Source: Dimorphilus gyrociliatus (lineage: Eukaryota > Animalia > Annelida). Taken from it: 64,000 nt of DNA. The number at the start of each line of letters is the position of its first letter. Within the stretch, counting starts at the first letter, position 1. The stretch covers positions 1 through 64,000 of the forward strand of contig CAJFCJ010000021.1 in assembly GCA_904063045.1 (NCBI GenBank), written 5' to 3'. Of the stretch, positions 24,492 to 38,005 are shown piece after piece. A program made the position numbers and the translations under genes. The notes below the pieces were generated by a model, which ran no database searches, was not told where the DNA came from, and saw only the letters and a list, made by a program, of their open reading frames with translations.

Positions 24492-24524
24492 CCGGAAGTG
24501 GCCGATCTTGCGCTTCTGACGTCA
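24492..24524. promoter_or_regulatory. ETS site (CCGGAAGTG) plus full CRE (TGACGTCA) in the BUD23/beta-TrCP bidirectional promoter
   Basis: CCGGAAGTG 24492-24500 and TGACGTCA 24517-24524 in a 381-bp head-to-head gap. Confidence 0.55.
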
Positions 24525-24611
24525 CGATCTGTCGATTCTTAACAAGAACTCGCAAATTTTTTCGAATTTTATTGGAAATAAGGAAACAAAATATCAACTT
24601 TTTAGCCTTAT

Positions 24612-27021
24612 ATGACTCAGAAAACAATGACCTCAAACGATACTTATATGGATACCAGCGTAATGTCACCTATAAGCGAAGATATGGACCAGGTAGCTAG
24701 GATATGCATAGAAACAACGTAGTTCATTCATTTCATCGCATACTTTTACTTTTGAATATACAATGACTAGCATTTTGGAATAGTCGAGCAAATTTATATT
24801 TGATTTATCATTAGTGCGATCACTTTTACGTAGTAATTTATTTTATAAAAACGTCTTGGAATTTCAGGATCGATCGGATTACACGACAGGGTCATATAAA
24901 TCGTCCTACAAAACCCCTTCAGAAGAATTATCCAAATTGTATTTGGAGGAAAGGGGAACAAGCATAAAGTATTTCGATAAATGGAGCGAAGTGGAACAAA
25001 TCGACTTCCTCCAAACACTGCTAGCTAGAATGTGCCATTATCAACACGGACAAGTCAATTTATTTCTTAAACCTATGTTACAAAGAGACTTTATTTCAGC
25101 ATTACCAGGTTTGGTTATTAATATTCTTCTGGTTTACCCTTTTCAATCTATCTTCTACAAATCATCCTATCGATTCCTTCAATTTCTTTTATGCTCCAAT
25201 GAACACTGTTTTTCATTTGATTAGGAAGTATGGTTATGATTTTTTTTTTCAGCTAAAGGCCTAGAACACATTGCGGAAACGATTCTCACATATTTAGACG
25301 CTACATCACTGCGAGCAGCAGAACAAGTATGTAAAGAATGGAAGCGGGTGATAGAAGAAGGAATGCTGTGGAAAAAGTTGCTGGAGCACAAAGTAAGAAC
25401 AGACTCATTATGGAAGGGACTGAGTGATCGACGACCATGGGGTAATCATCTTTTTCGCCCAAAACGACCTGAAGACGTCAAACCACATTCCTATTATAGG
25501 GACCTTTATCCCAAGATAATAAAGGATATTAATGTAAGTGAATTGACATCGTATTTTGGCTATTTTCTTTAATTTTGTATTGTTGTAGCAAATTGAAACA
25601 AACTGGCGTACCGGTCGACATTCTCTGCAGAAAATTCAATGTAGGAGTGAAACAAGTAAGGGTGTCTATTGTCTACAATACGATGATAATAAAATTATAA
25701 GTGGTTTACGAGACAATACTATCAAGGTAATAAATTTAACGAGAGTGGAAAAATTCAAACTCTAACAAAGAAAATTTTCTTTATTTGTTAATTTAATAGA
25801 TATGGGATAGAAAGTCTTTAAATTGTGTCCAAGTTCTCACAGGTCATACTGGCTCAGTTTTATGTTTACAGTATGATGAAAAAATAATCATTTCTGGATC
25901 AAGCGACTCAACAGTCAGGTAAACAAAAAAAAACACTCAGAATTTACGCAAATGTTTACGGTATATTCTTAATAAAAAAAACAGAGTTTGGGACGTCAAC
26001 ACTGGCGAAATGCTCAATACACTAATTCATCATTGCGAAGCAGTCTTGCATTTAAGGTTTAGCGATGGTATTATGGTTACGTGTTCGAAAGTGAGTTATT
26101 CATCCTTACATTTAAGTTGTCTAAAATTATTTAAGTTTGTTACTCACAGTCACCTTTTCCTTAAGGAAATTGTGATATTCTGTCAGAAAAGAAAGCTTTC
26201 CAATGTTTTTTAACATTTGCTTTCAGTCTTTCATCCGACAACCGTATCTAATTTTTGTCTTTGAAACAGGATCGGTCGATCGCTGTATGGGATATGCAAT
26301 CACCTAGAGAAATAAATTTGAGGCGTGTCCTGGTAGGTCATAGGGCTGCGGTGAATGTAGTCGATTTCGACCAGAAGTATATTGTTTCTGCATCAGGGGA
26401 TAGAACTATCAAAGTTTGGAATACATCAACCTGTGAATTCGTCAGAACGCTAAATGGGCACAAGCGAGGTATAGCTTGTTTGCAGTACCACGATCGATTG
26501 GTTGTAAGCGGTAGCTCAGACAATACAATAAGGTAGTTTCTTGGAAATGATATTGCACTTTTTTCTTTGTACTAAACTCATGATTTTGTCTTTTTCCAAT
26601 CAGATTATGGGATATCGAATGCGGAGCTTGCCTAAGAGTTTTAGAAGGACATGAAGAATTGGTAAGATGTATAAGATTCGACTCAAAACGCATAGTAAGC
26701 GGAGCATACGATGGCAAGATCAAAGTTTGGGATCTGGAAAGCGCCCTGGATCCTAGACAACCACCGGCTACGTTATGCTTAAGGACTCTTGTGGTAAAGA
26801 CCATTCTTTCATTTCTTATTCAACCTTTCAAAATGTCATACTTCTAGGAGCATACTGGAAGAGTATTTAGATTACAATTTGATGAATTTCAAATCGTATC
26901 GTCTTCTCACGATGACTCAATTTTAATCTGGGATTTTCTCAACGCGGACGACAGCGACGAAACAACAAACAACTCAAATTCGCCAAATCGAACATATACC
27001 TACGTGCAACAACCCCGCTGA
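24612..27021 (+). CDS. BTRC: beta-TrCP / slimb F-box WD40 protein (BTRC/FBXW11), 9 exons
   Basis: Dimerisation domain ([23 protein letters not shown]), F-box ([16 protein letters not shown]...), seven WD40 repeats ([63 protein letters not shown]), stop TGA 27019-27021. Confidence 0.97.
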
Positions 27022-28221
27022 CCTCAGAACAAACTTGTGTGATGTAGTTGACGTAAAAAAAAACTGATCTCAATTTAGAGCGTATAATTTTCTAAAGGGT
27101 AGACATTATGATACGAAGAAAAAATCGGTAAGCACTAATGCTATAAAGTATTTTTTATCTAATTCTTTGCTCGTTTGTTCAATCATTTATTTTTCTTCCG
27201 TAACGAAGATAGGCATATTTATTTACTTGTGATTAAGTAAACTACGAAGCACGTTGGTTTCGATTTATGTCTACCCTTGGTTTCATTTAATGACATTTTC
27301 GCTGTGATAAGTTGAGTGTATTTTTCTTTGTGCGTGAACACAGTTCGCGTGATAGGTAAATTAATTATTTGTAACATATATCGATTTTATTTATAAATAT
27401 AAAGTGTGTAGTCGCGTTGGGTTTTTATATGTCATTTTTTTCATTTAAATATTACACAAATGAACGCTTTTTATTTCCTATTTCTGAGTTGTTTACTTAC
27501 GGAACATTTGGACCGAATTAATTCAACAAAGATATAGTTACATTTACAGTTGTAGTTGGTTACATAGCTGTTACAAACCCCGCCAGTAACATTACAAGAC
27601 ATCATTCGACAATCTCTTCTTGTCAAAAGCAATTTGGTAAAAAAAATCTATTGGCATGATAAGAAATCCTACTCTCGAACTGAGACAAGCGTTTGCGCAA
27701 GAAAAGACTCCAGCTAGACGTAAATATATTTCTTTTTACTTTATGTATAAAACTTCTTGCAGCAAGTGAGTTTTTGGTAAAGTATTACTCTGAAAGCTAT
27801 TTTTTACAATATATACTGTATATATAAATTATATATATGTATATATTAAGCTTTTATATTAAAGCATAAAGAACCTATTGAAATGAATCATTTGATAGTA
27901 GTAAGTAACAATAAAGGAAAAGGAAATCAGCTGGCTGTAAAGAGAAAAACAAAACTTGAGAAACGTTAAACAAAAGAGAAACGATCTTGATTGCCCTTTC
28001 GGAGGTGAGCGAAAGGTCAAAAATCGACAAAATTAGAAAGTATTCTTTTTCTACTCCATTATCAATCACTGAAAATAACTTTTATCCGACTAGTCTTCAT
28101 TTAAAGAATTAGCCAAAAATATCAACTATCAAATGTATATAGAATGTTTGGAGAAATGTCAGAGTTGTATTTTTCATGAAATATCCTAAAAGCTCCAAAT
28201 AACATTTATATATTTCCTAAT

Positions 28222-31115
28222 TCAAGCATATGAAAAATTCTTCTCGACTCTTCTTGGAACGATACTCCTTAGATAAACTACAATAGACATGCCCACAATG
28301 AGAACGCAGCCCGCAATGATATAGTGTGCGTGAGTAGTTAGCGGTAACCAAGAACGAACGGAAGACAATTTAGTCGCGCTTCCGATACTGTCTTTATCCC
28401 TGATTAGGCAAAAATTAGGTCTACAAGAACATTTCAAAAAGAGTTTTATTTCCACCAACCTTAGAGGATAGAAGCGAGTTTTGAACAAAAGAGCACCAAG
28501 AGTCCAATGAATTTCTTGATTGCCAAGACTCTGAAGAGACGTAAGGCTTTTATAGTCTTTTGGGAATCCTAGCCCGTTATGCAAAACGGCAGCCACCCAC
28601 GCCGATTTGAAACACTGAAACCTATATTGAAAAATAGTAATAATCAATTTTTACATACAAAGTATAAATTTGATTTGTAATAAATACTTTAGACGATTTT
28701 CATCGGCTTTCGGATATCGGTTCTTTTTAAATAAGTCTGAAAGAACTTCATAGCTTGTGCCACAATAGTCCTACAAGAAAAAAAAGAGCGTTACGTTACG
28801 TAGAATATGATTTTGAAAGAAATAGCAAATAATGAAATAGATATTGAACGGGATTAAGAAAATATGTTTAAGATAAAATACATTTTATATGCAATTCTCT
28901 TATTTTTTCTCTTGTCATTATTCAATAACGATATAAAGATACATTATTGGAAAGTTATTTTTGGTGTATCTATACCTAAAGACAATTATAAAGAAGGTAC
29001 AAAAATATGTAAATAAAGTAAATGTTGTTCCTTTCTTCAGTGTTTTTCACTTTCTTTAGCTTTTTGTTCGTACTATAAAAATGGGAGTAAACTGTTATTT
29101 GTTCAAAAGTTAAAAAGATACGCCCATCCTGAAATAGAAGAATACTATGAAATTTCGAATAATTATTCCACATTAAAATGTTTCGATGGAAAAGAGTGCT
29201 GTATATCTAGGAAAAGGGATAAAGTGTTTTGCTGCTCAGCTCTTGAGCAGGATTCGCTGACGGACAAGAGATTATTGATGACCGATAAATCTGTTTTTCG
29301 TTGCTTGGCTATATACAATATTTTGCTCATTTTTTTAGTTTACCTGCGAATTCATGTTAAAGCGTATCCTTTACTTACCGACGCAGTTCTGGAGAAGGAA
29401 CTGTAAAGATAGCGGCCTCCCATTCGTAGTACGTCTTCCATCTGTATTTGTTTATTAGTAAATGTTTTGATCTCTTTGAAGAAAACAAAAAATACCGTAT
29501 AGTAAAATTCAGAGAATCCATAGAATTCACTATTTTTAAATGCAATATTCGGTTGAAAAGTACCATTTATGGCACATGGCTTCTGTAAAGGAAAACAAAT
29601 GATTCTTTTAATATTTTCCTGTAAATTAATAAAAATTTTAATTTAAAATTTATGTACCTTTGGACAAGGAGCCGTTTCGTTTATTAAAATTTTTACATTC
29701 TCATAACATTCTTCATATTTTCCAGATCCAATAAATAATAATCCTGAAATATTCTGTTTCATAGAAACTGGCAAACAAGGATCAAATACTGTTGATAAAT
29801 GCTTGTTTTTCAGAAACATTGCTTCCTCATAAGTCTTTCTTGCTGCATTAGCTCCAAATCCCAAATAAGTCGTAACGTATACCCGATAGGTATGCTTTAC
29901 ATCTCCAGTAGTACAACCTAAATTTATTTCCGCCATCAAAGATTTCGGTAGTTCCTCCTAACATTTAACAAGATTAGTTGAACAATTTTATAATATCGTC
30001 TGAAAGACTATATATATAAAGTCTATAAAAGAACTTACTCTAGTTTGAAATTTTATAAATTGTGGGACTTCGAATGCTACTTGAAGAGATCCGCCCCCCA
30101 TGTCTAAAACCCCGACAGTTCTTTTCCTAACATGTAATTTGCCCGTTTTTGATGACGATTCAACAGCTACTAATGGATCATCTATATAGTATATATCCAA
30201 TAAGAGATGTTAATGAAGTTGTAGAAAGAACTAAGAAAGGAAAAAAATTACTAACCTCCTATTGAATGGTCTAGTTTACCGAGAGCGAAATTTAATGCAA
30301 TCCAAGCGAAAACTCCTTCCTGCTTTCCACTTATCACTTCAACATGATTACTATGGAAAAGAAACTGAAATTCTAGGGGCACATCAACTCGTAGATCATC
30401 CAAAATTGATGCTTGTTGTCTGAAGCAGAAAATTTGTGGGTGAAAAGAATCGATATAGGCTACAAGTGCTATTTACTTTTCATTCAACATCCTCATGCCA
30501 GCTGTGGCCATTATATATAATGGAGTCTCCTTATGTTTATGTTGTGGAACATAACTAGCAGCATAACTTAGTAAAGGTTTCAGATGGTCACTTGCTTCCG
30601 CTGGTTTGTCTCCAAAAGATGAAATACCGGGTGTAACTTTTTTTATGACGGGTTTCAGATCTTTGTCAATTACATGTTTAATTTGTAGTAAGTCCTCTGA
30701 ACTTGGATCATGCCTTGGCCAGTAGTAGACATATACTCGACTTCCAGAACTACCACAATCGATCACAATACCATAGTGTAAGCTATCATCTTGTAAGTCT
30801 GTAGCAACTGCCACTGAAAGACGCTTGGCAGGTTTCAATTCCAAGGCCTCTCGATCTGCATTTTTGATCGCTCGCCACAAAAATGACGTTTCATATATTA
30901 CTATGAAAGTAATAAATAGACAAATCAATCCACCAACTGCATAAAGTACTGATGAACGGCTTTTAAAAAATTTTAAAGGAAAACTGAAATGCCATAAGTC
31001 AGGGCAGTGGAGAGTGCCGAGAAGTCTGAATATATAATTGTCACATAATCAATTATAAATGTTTGAAGATTAAACTAATTAAGCTAGTCATAAGTTATGA
31101 ACAAACTTGCCTCAT
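28222..31115 (-). CDS. ENTPD4/7: Ectonucleoside triphosphate diphosphohydrolase 4/7-type (Golgi/lysosomal apyrase), multi-exon, with N- and C-terminal TM
   Basis: Apyrase conserved regions YGIVIDCGSSGSRVYVY, YIMATAGMR, VISGKQEGVFAW, LDMGGGSLQ, WTLGA. N-terminal CPDLWHFSFP resembles ENTPD4/7. First intron is apparently GC-AG. Confidence 0.92.
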
Positions 31116-31353
31116 AGGCTGATTAGAGGAGATTCCACATCAACTGCCAGTTACAGCATCAAGTTCAAGCAGACGTGACAAGCGTGTTCACAAGAGGATA
31201 TATAAATAAAAGATTATAAATAACTAAATATGTCGTTCTTATTATTAATACATAATATTTGATGGATCGCCATGTTGCTTTTCCAAAGTTTTCGTACATC
31301 TTGAAATATCTGAAAACTGGTGTTAATTTAAGGACTATTTTACCTAAACAAGC

Positions 31354-31962
31354 ATGAGGAAACTAAAATATCACGAGAAAAAGTTGCTTAAAAAAGTAGA
31401 TTTCATCTCCTGGGAGGTCGACAACAATCTACATGAAGTAAAAATAATGAAGAAATACTTTGTTCAAAGGAGAGAGGATTATACTATGTAAGTATGATAT
31501 AATACATCAACTGTAAATAATGCTATATTATCGCTAATTTCTTAAAGGTACAACAAACTCTCTCGTCAAATAAGGGAGTTGGTTAGAAAAATAAAAGATT
31601 TAGAGCAAAATGATCCGTTTAGGGCACACTGTACAGTTCAAATTCTCGAAAAATTTTATCACATGGGTCTGATTCCAACCAAAAGGAGTTTAGGTTTATG
31701 TGACAAGATAAACGCTTCTTCCTTTTGTCGAAGGAGATTACCTGTTGTTATGGTAAGAAATCATATGGCAGAAACATTAAAGGCAGCAGTAACATTCATT
31801 GAGCAAGGACACGTAAGAATAGGAACAGATATTGTGAAAGATCCAGCATTTTTAGTAACAAGAAGTCACGAAGATTTTATAACTTGGAGTAAATCATCAT
31901 CTATTAAAACAAAAGTTCTGGATTATAATGATACTAGAGACGATTTCGATTTGTTAGAATAA
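31354..31962 (+). CDS. IMP3: U3 snoRNP protein IMP3, 2 exons (31354-31487, 31548-31962)
   Basis: [17 protein letters not shown]..., S4 domain [11 protein letters not shown]...[16 protein letters not shown]. Confidence 0.97.
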
Positions 31963-33111
31963 AAAGAAAATGCTATTAGCTATTAATTGTTGAACTCATT
32001 TTTTCGATTAAATAAATATATCAATGTATATTTATTGAATAAAAAAAATAAAGTAAATAAAGAAAGTAAGTAAAATTAATATTGTACTATTTTTTTTTCC
32101 TTTTGTTAAGTGAATAATGAACTATTTACCATATTATTAATAAAGTTGACATTATTCATCAAATTGATGTTTCAGGGAATAAGAATGTAGTGGACAAATT
32201 GCAATTTCCTCTAAAAATACATTTTTCGTCTTTTATAAGCTTAGAGTGAAAAATTCCTTTTAGTAATGAAATGCACTCTATAAAGAAATATTATAAATTA
32301 CTCTAATAATAAAATATGATCGAAATGAAATGTTAATTACCGAGGGTAAAAGGAAATTACCTCAATTCGTAAAGAATAAATACAACAAAAATTGAAAAGG
32401 AAGAGGAAAACGAAGAAACGCAATCTATAAGTGGCTTCCTTTATTTATTTTATTCTAAGTTTGGAAGATATCAATGAAATTGCCCCTCCTTCCTCCCCCT
32501 TTCTAAGATTTTTCCTATTCCCTTCGGGACTGACATTCTACCTGTCTTAGGTTTGCAAAACGTAGTTTACCCTCTTCATCAATCGTTAAGACGATTAAAC
32601 ATGAGGCAAGAAAGAGACAAGAAGATGGGAAAAGTGTAATTAGTTTATAAATATCATTTTCTTGCATACTTTTTCGTTTCCGTTGTTTTGTAATATATAG
32701 AGAAGAATGAGTATTAATATCTTTCTTCGTATCTCCAGGTTAGCGTCTTTAGCATTTTCCTAATATATTTATATACATAAACATAAATCGATCTGTATGT
32801 AAAGAGGCGACATAAATAAAAATTACCAAACGTTTGTTTGTAAAGATTATTTACATTTAACTAAATATATCCTATTTATAATGTTGCCAACTAGCAGATT
32901 ACAAACTGGTATGGTATTTATATTTCACTGTTTTAATTGCAGGACATGCACAGTTAATGAGGTTTCTTACCAACAAACCATAGATTATTTGCTATAGTAT
33001 GACTGTTTTCTTTTCTTATTTATTTGTGAAGCATAATTATCTTGTTTATTTTGTTAATTAGATCCTTTAGAAAATTAATAGGAACAAATTGTCTTTAAGG
33101 TTACAGATGAC

Positions 33112-33220
33112 TTATTCATCTTGTTCCTCTGCTTGTTGAGCAATGATAAATTCACGTTGTTCGTAAGTGAAAAAACCTTCAAGATCAATAAGCATATTGA
33201 CAACAGTAGAACCAGATCGA
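33112..33220 (-). CDS. PPP2R3C: Alternative, duplicated terminal exon B of PPP2R3C
   Basis: Acceptor TTCTACAG|, phase 2 like exon A. Encodes SRSGSTVVNMLIDLEGFFTYEQREFIIAQQAEEQDE*, homologous to exon A SCQGDLVVSILIDLRDFFSYENREFIVNEQ. Confidence 0.8.
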
Positions 33221-33748
33221 CTGTAGAACAAATAATCAATAAAAGAAAATACATTTGTCCTCCACAATACTTTATTAGGCTAGTTTCATTATTAATATTA
33301 CTTTTGCAGTGAGCGATTGCCAATTATATCTGTAAGAGGATCGCAAGAACCAAAATTTCTTCAAAGACAAACCCAGTTCATTAACATCAAATTGGAGGAT
33401 GAAAGATTCGGTTTCCCCTCTTAATTATATACTGTATATACATGTATGTACTGTACAGGTACAAGTGCGATACAGTATTTTTGTTTTGCTTGTTCTTTAC
33501 GAATAATCAAATTTATTTCATATAAAGATTACTAAAAAGACTTTATATTTGGTTCTCTTAACTTTCCCCTCAAAAGAAAAAGCATAGTAAGGTTAATAAG
33601 TGAAATTATTTAGTTTAAATTTTTTTATTTTCTTTTTTTTTAAAAAAAAAAAGAATTAATATTTCAACTTTTTATAATTCTTTTAAAGCATTCAAACATA
33701 ATAAAGAAAAAAAAACTATAGTAAAAAAAAGAGAAACAATGTTGTTAT

Positions 33749-36700
33749 TTAAGCTTGAGTTACGCCTTCTATTTCGTTATCTTCTAATTTTGCACCTTGA
33801 CCTTTCTCATTCGAAGAATTAGTACCATCCTTTGAATCCTTCATTTGCTCATTAACTATAAACTCCCGATTTTCGTAGGAAAAGAAGTCTCGTAAATCGA
33901 TTAGTATGCTGACAACTAGGTCACCCTGACAGCTGGTGAATGTGCGAATCTCTTTGATAGTGACAAAGTGAAATATTTTAAAATAGTTCTATCTTACCTT
34001 TTAATTAAATCCTGAATAGTAATTTTATATGGATCTGCCGGCTTAATCATGTCAAAAATCTCATCTTTGACGTCGAGGAACGAGACAGGTTCTTGGCCAT
34101 GCTCCTTAATTTTTTCTATTATCGCCTGTTGTGAGAAAAAATTTATTAAGATATATAAACGTATTAAAATAAATATTACAAACTCTAAAAAAGAAATTAA
34201 GATCAAAGATAGTTAAAAATCCTTTCTGTTGTACATCTAATAATCTAAAAATGTACTGCAAAGCTTGCGGCTCTTTTCTATTTTCCAAAGCGAGAACAAA
34301 ATCCAAATAAGTCTTGTAGTCCTTAAAAAGAGTAAAAAATTTCATTTTAATATTATTAGTATCATAACAGTAATGAAAATATGTAAAAGCAAACCATTTC
34401 TCCCTCATAAGTAAGACATTCTTGAAATACTCTATCGATAAAAACTTTAGTTAAAGTTGCAGTTCCATATCTAGATAATTCCTGTTTACTCAACATTCCA
34501 TTTTGATCTTTATCCAAATTAAGATATTGACCATAAACTCTGAGGGCACTCGGTGCTGAGAACCAGTTACATTCCAATTGTTCCCTACTTAAATCTTCAT
34601 CTCTGAGCTATTGATGATAAGCGTAGGAAGTGTGTATGAGAGAGAGAGAGATAGATAGATGGAAAGAGAAATAGGGAAAAAAAAGAGCATTAAGTAAAAG
34701 ATATATCGATAATAATAATAATAATAGAATACAAATGTAAGTGTGCTCATTTTAATTTAATAAACAAATAAAAGAATTAAAAATAGATAAAATGCTACAA
34801 AATACAAAAAGGAAATAGAAAGAATCAAGTTATTATCTTTTTTAATCAATTATCCAATTTCATTTCTCCTTATTATGTATTTTTTTAATACATTTTAACT
34901 ATTTTTTATTGTTCTTATTATTATTGTAAGGTTCTTTTGTAATATAAATAACGTTAGTTCTATATATAGAACAACCTTGCAATAATTAATAGGTTTATTA
35001 TTCTTAAATAAATTAAATAAATAGTATCAAAGATGGATGCTATTTATCAATTTACTTATTGAAACTTAAGAAATTTTCCTGCCAAGCCCCATAATTAATT
35101 TCTTTCATATATATATATATATTCACTCAGACGCAGAAGCTAAATCATCGCATTCGAATAGAATTAGAGTACAAATTGATGAAAACTAATACCACGAAAT
35201 AACCCATGAAAAGACTTTATATGTATTATAAGTTAATATGCATAATAGCTATAAATTGATCAGTAAAATATAAGTATTACTCATGCCCATTCTCTTTTTA
35301 TCATGCCTTCTAATTTAATAATCCCCCAACAAGCTATTTGAAAGCATAAATAGTAAAAGAAACCGATTTTTTCATAATAGTTTTAATATGAGTAAATAAA
35401 CGTATTCTTTGTTTTTTTTTAAGTGTAAGTGTTTTGTTTTGATAGATATTTTTACACAACCTGTTTGTTATTTGCCTGTAAATGATAAAAACAGGAAAAG
35501 AAGAAATAATTCTGATTTAATGTATACATATACAACTATACAGTATATATATATTAATATATATGGAGAGAGAGAGAGATGTTCAAATAAATCTATATAT
35601 TTGTTGTTAATTCAGTGAAAAGACTATTATTAAAAAATATTCACTTACTTCTAACAAATCATCCAAGAAACGGCAAGCCAAAATATCTTGAATACGAATT
35701 TTTCCAGTTCTTAATGGATCCAGGAAAAAGAAAAATTTCCTTACTGCAGTACAGACGTAAAATGAATAGAATGATTTTTCAAGACCATCCAATTGTGGAA
35801 GTGTTGGGATTAATTCCAAAATATAATTCTCTAAATCCTTTAGATGAAAACAAAACAAAGATACATATTTGTCTTATTTTGCTAAGTAAATTTTCTAATA
35901 TTTACAGATTCTCTCAAATATCCTTGACCAGCAACATCGTATAAAGATAGACCAATTCTGGTTTGATGTAGCCAAACCTTCCTCATTACATAATTGAAAA
36001 ATTGAAGAATGGGAATGCGACCGTGAGGATCATTTCCTAATAATTTAGCGTATACTGTTGATTTAAAAAACGGCCTAGAAAGGAAAAATACAAGAAATTT
36101 AACTACATTATTTACATTTGAATTTTAAATTATCTTTATTTTCGCTTACTTGCATTTTGGTCCCGCTTGATTAGCAACCTTTAAGAAATCTTCATAGTTG
36201 ATCATTTGTTCTTCGCCTACCATAGGAGGAGTATGGTGTTTGTCTAGCAAGTACCATAAACCTTGCAGTTCGTCCTGATCAAGAAGTTGGCGGCCTTTTC
36301 TCTGAAGAAAAGCTGCCCTTGATTCCTCCCTTAATTTTTGAAGTAGACACTCATCTTCTGATGGAACCTTGAAATAGAATTTCGGTATGACTTTGTACGT
36401 ATGATGCTCCTCTGATTCATCCTTCTGTTCTTTATAAAGTTTTTCGAAAAGCATCATTTCTTTTTTCTTTTCCTCTTCCGGATCAATAAGTGCTAAGGTT
36501 TAACAACAGATGCAATAACTTTCATTTATTTTATTCATATAAATTAAAAGTAAGAGGCAAATAGCTAATCAATTTTTAAGAATTGAAAAAAATTAATAAA
36601 GTGTTGTAATGTCAAAAATTTCAGCTATTTTTGAATAATTATAAACTGTTTGATATTAAATAACACATCTTAGAGCTATGGATGAAAATATTTCTTTAAA

Positions 36701-36853
36701 ATTACATCGATGACACATGGAATTTACAAGTTTTTACATATATCTCCCTTTAGTTACAAGCCAAATACCTCGATTTTCGTTCATCTTCTTCAATTTATTT
36801 ATAAGATTTTGCCTATTCATTTTCCTTGTTTCTTTGTCCACTTCTTCATTCAT
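33749..36853 (-). CDS. PPP2R3C: PP2A regulatory subunit B'' gamma, multi-exon, using proximal last exon A (33932-33749)
   Basis: QKLREESRAAFLQRK, VWLHQTRIGLSLYD, DLENYILELIPTLPQL...YVCTAVRKFFFFLDP, WFSAPSALRVYGQYLNLDKD, DEIFDMIKP. Confidence 0.95.
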
Positions 36854-38005
36854 TTTAAGTTGTAAATTTCCCTCAGATCACAAAAACATTCATTAAAAAC
36901 AAATTTAATAATAAAAAAGAGTAAACAATTTAACGGTGTATGGTCTATTGGACCCTTATAGTTTTCTAGTTTAAAATTATTGGTAGGAGTAAGAGCCTTA
37001 CGAATTTTTCCAACCGTAGCGTTCATTGGCTAAATTCTAACGAATTAGCTTCAACTTGATACAAGAATACAAAACCGGTAATTAAAAGGCGGGTATTTTA
37101 TAAAAATGAAAACATTTCGTGCAGACAACCATCACAATCAAAGAAATGATTACCTCATTTTTTTTTACTAAATATTCTCAATTATAAAGAATATCGGAAA
37201 ATCTTACATTTTTTAACCGATGCTGAATAAGCAATTATTTAGATTTGTTAACGTGAAATTCGAATAAAAAACTACTAACTCATATAATTTCTTTGAAGAT
37301 ATTCGATGTTATAATTAGATTATTATACACCATAGGCCTTATTTACAACTTAATCTAATTAATACGAAACATTTATCTGTCATCCTCACTCTTTTTCGAC
37401 CAAGCGTCGTCTTTTATCCAGTTTATAAGAAAAAAAAATTTTTTCCTCTCATGTGACAAATTCTTTAAAAGTTTAATATTTAAAAGAAAGAAGTCAGATT
37501 AAATATGGATAATAATACTAAAGGAATATTTAAGGAAATCATATATATATATATATATAAAAGACAGTGCGTTAATCTTTATAACAAATCTAATTAGACT
37601 GATGGTTTCTATGAAATTTATGGAAGAGAATAAAAATGAAAGAAAAAAGAAATAGGTATAAAAATATGTTCATCAATGTTGCTAAATAGTATAAAATATA
37701 AATATCAAACAGAAAAACCCCATATTATCTATTCTAACCAAAGAGTATATATATATAGAGAGAGAGAGACAAAGAGACAGACAGAGAAATTTCCTATTCC
37801 TAAAAAGAAAGAGTTAGAGAGCTGTATTGAAGAGAGTATCTTGAAATAATCTTCATAAATACAATATTTTCTTTTGGTAATTAGCGTTTAAGTATATCGG
37901 GAGGGGGGCTAGATATAAGTAGAGTGAGGCGTGCGCAACGCCGGCGTTTGTCAGTTTGTATCGAGAGCGTGTGCATAGAGCGTCGCTGTCGTTTCTTTTC
38001 TCGCT

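Noticed and set aside
29163-29330. 55-aa ORF (MSKILYIAKQRK...) in the ~600-nt ENTPD intron
   Set aside because: No homology cue, no snoRNA C/D boxes on the host strand, and a length expected by chance.
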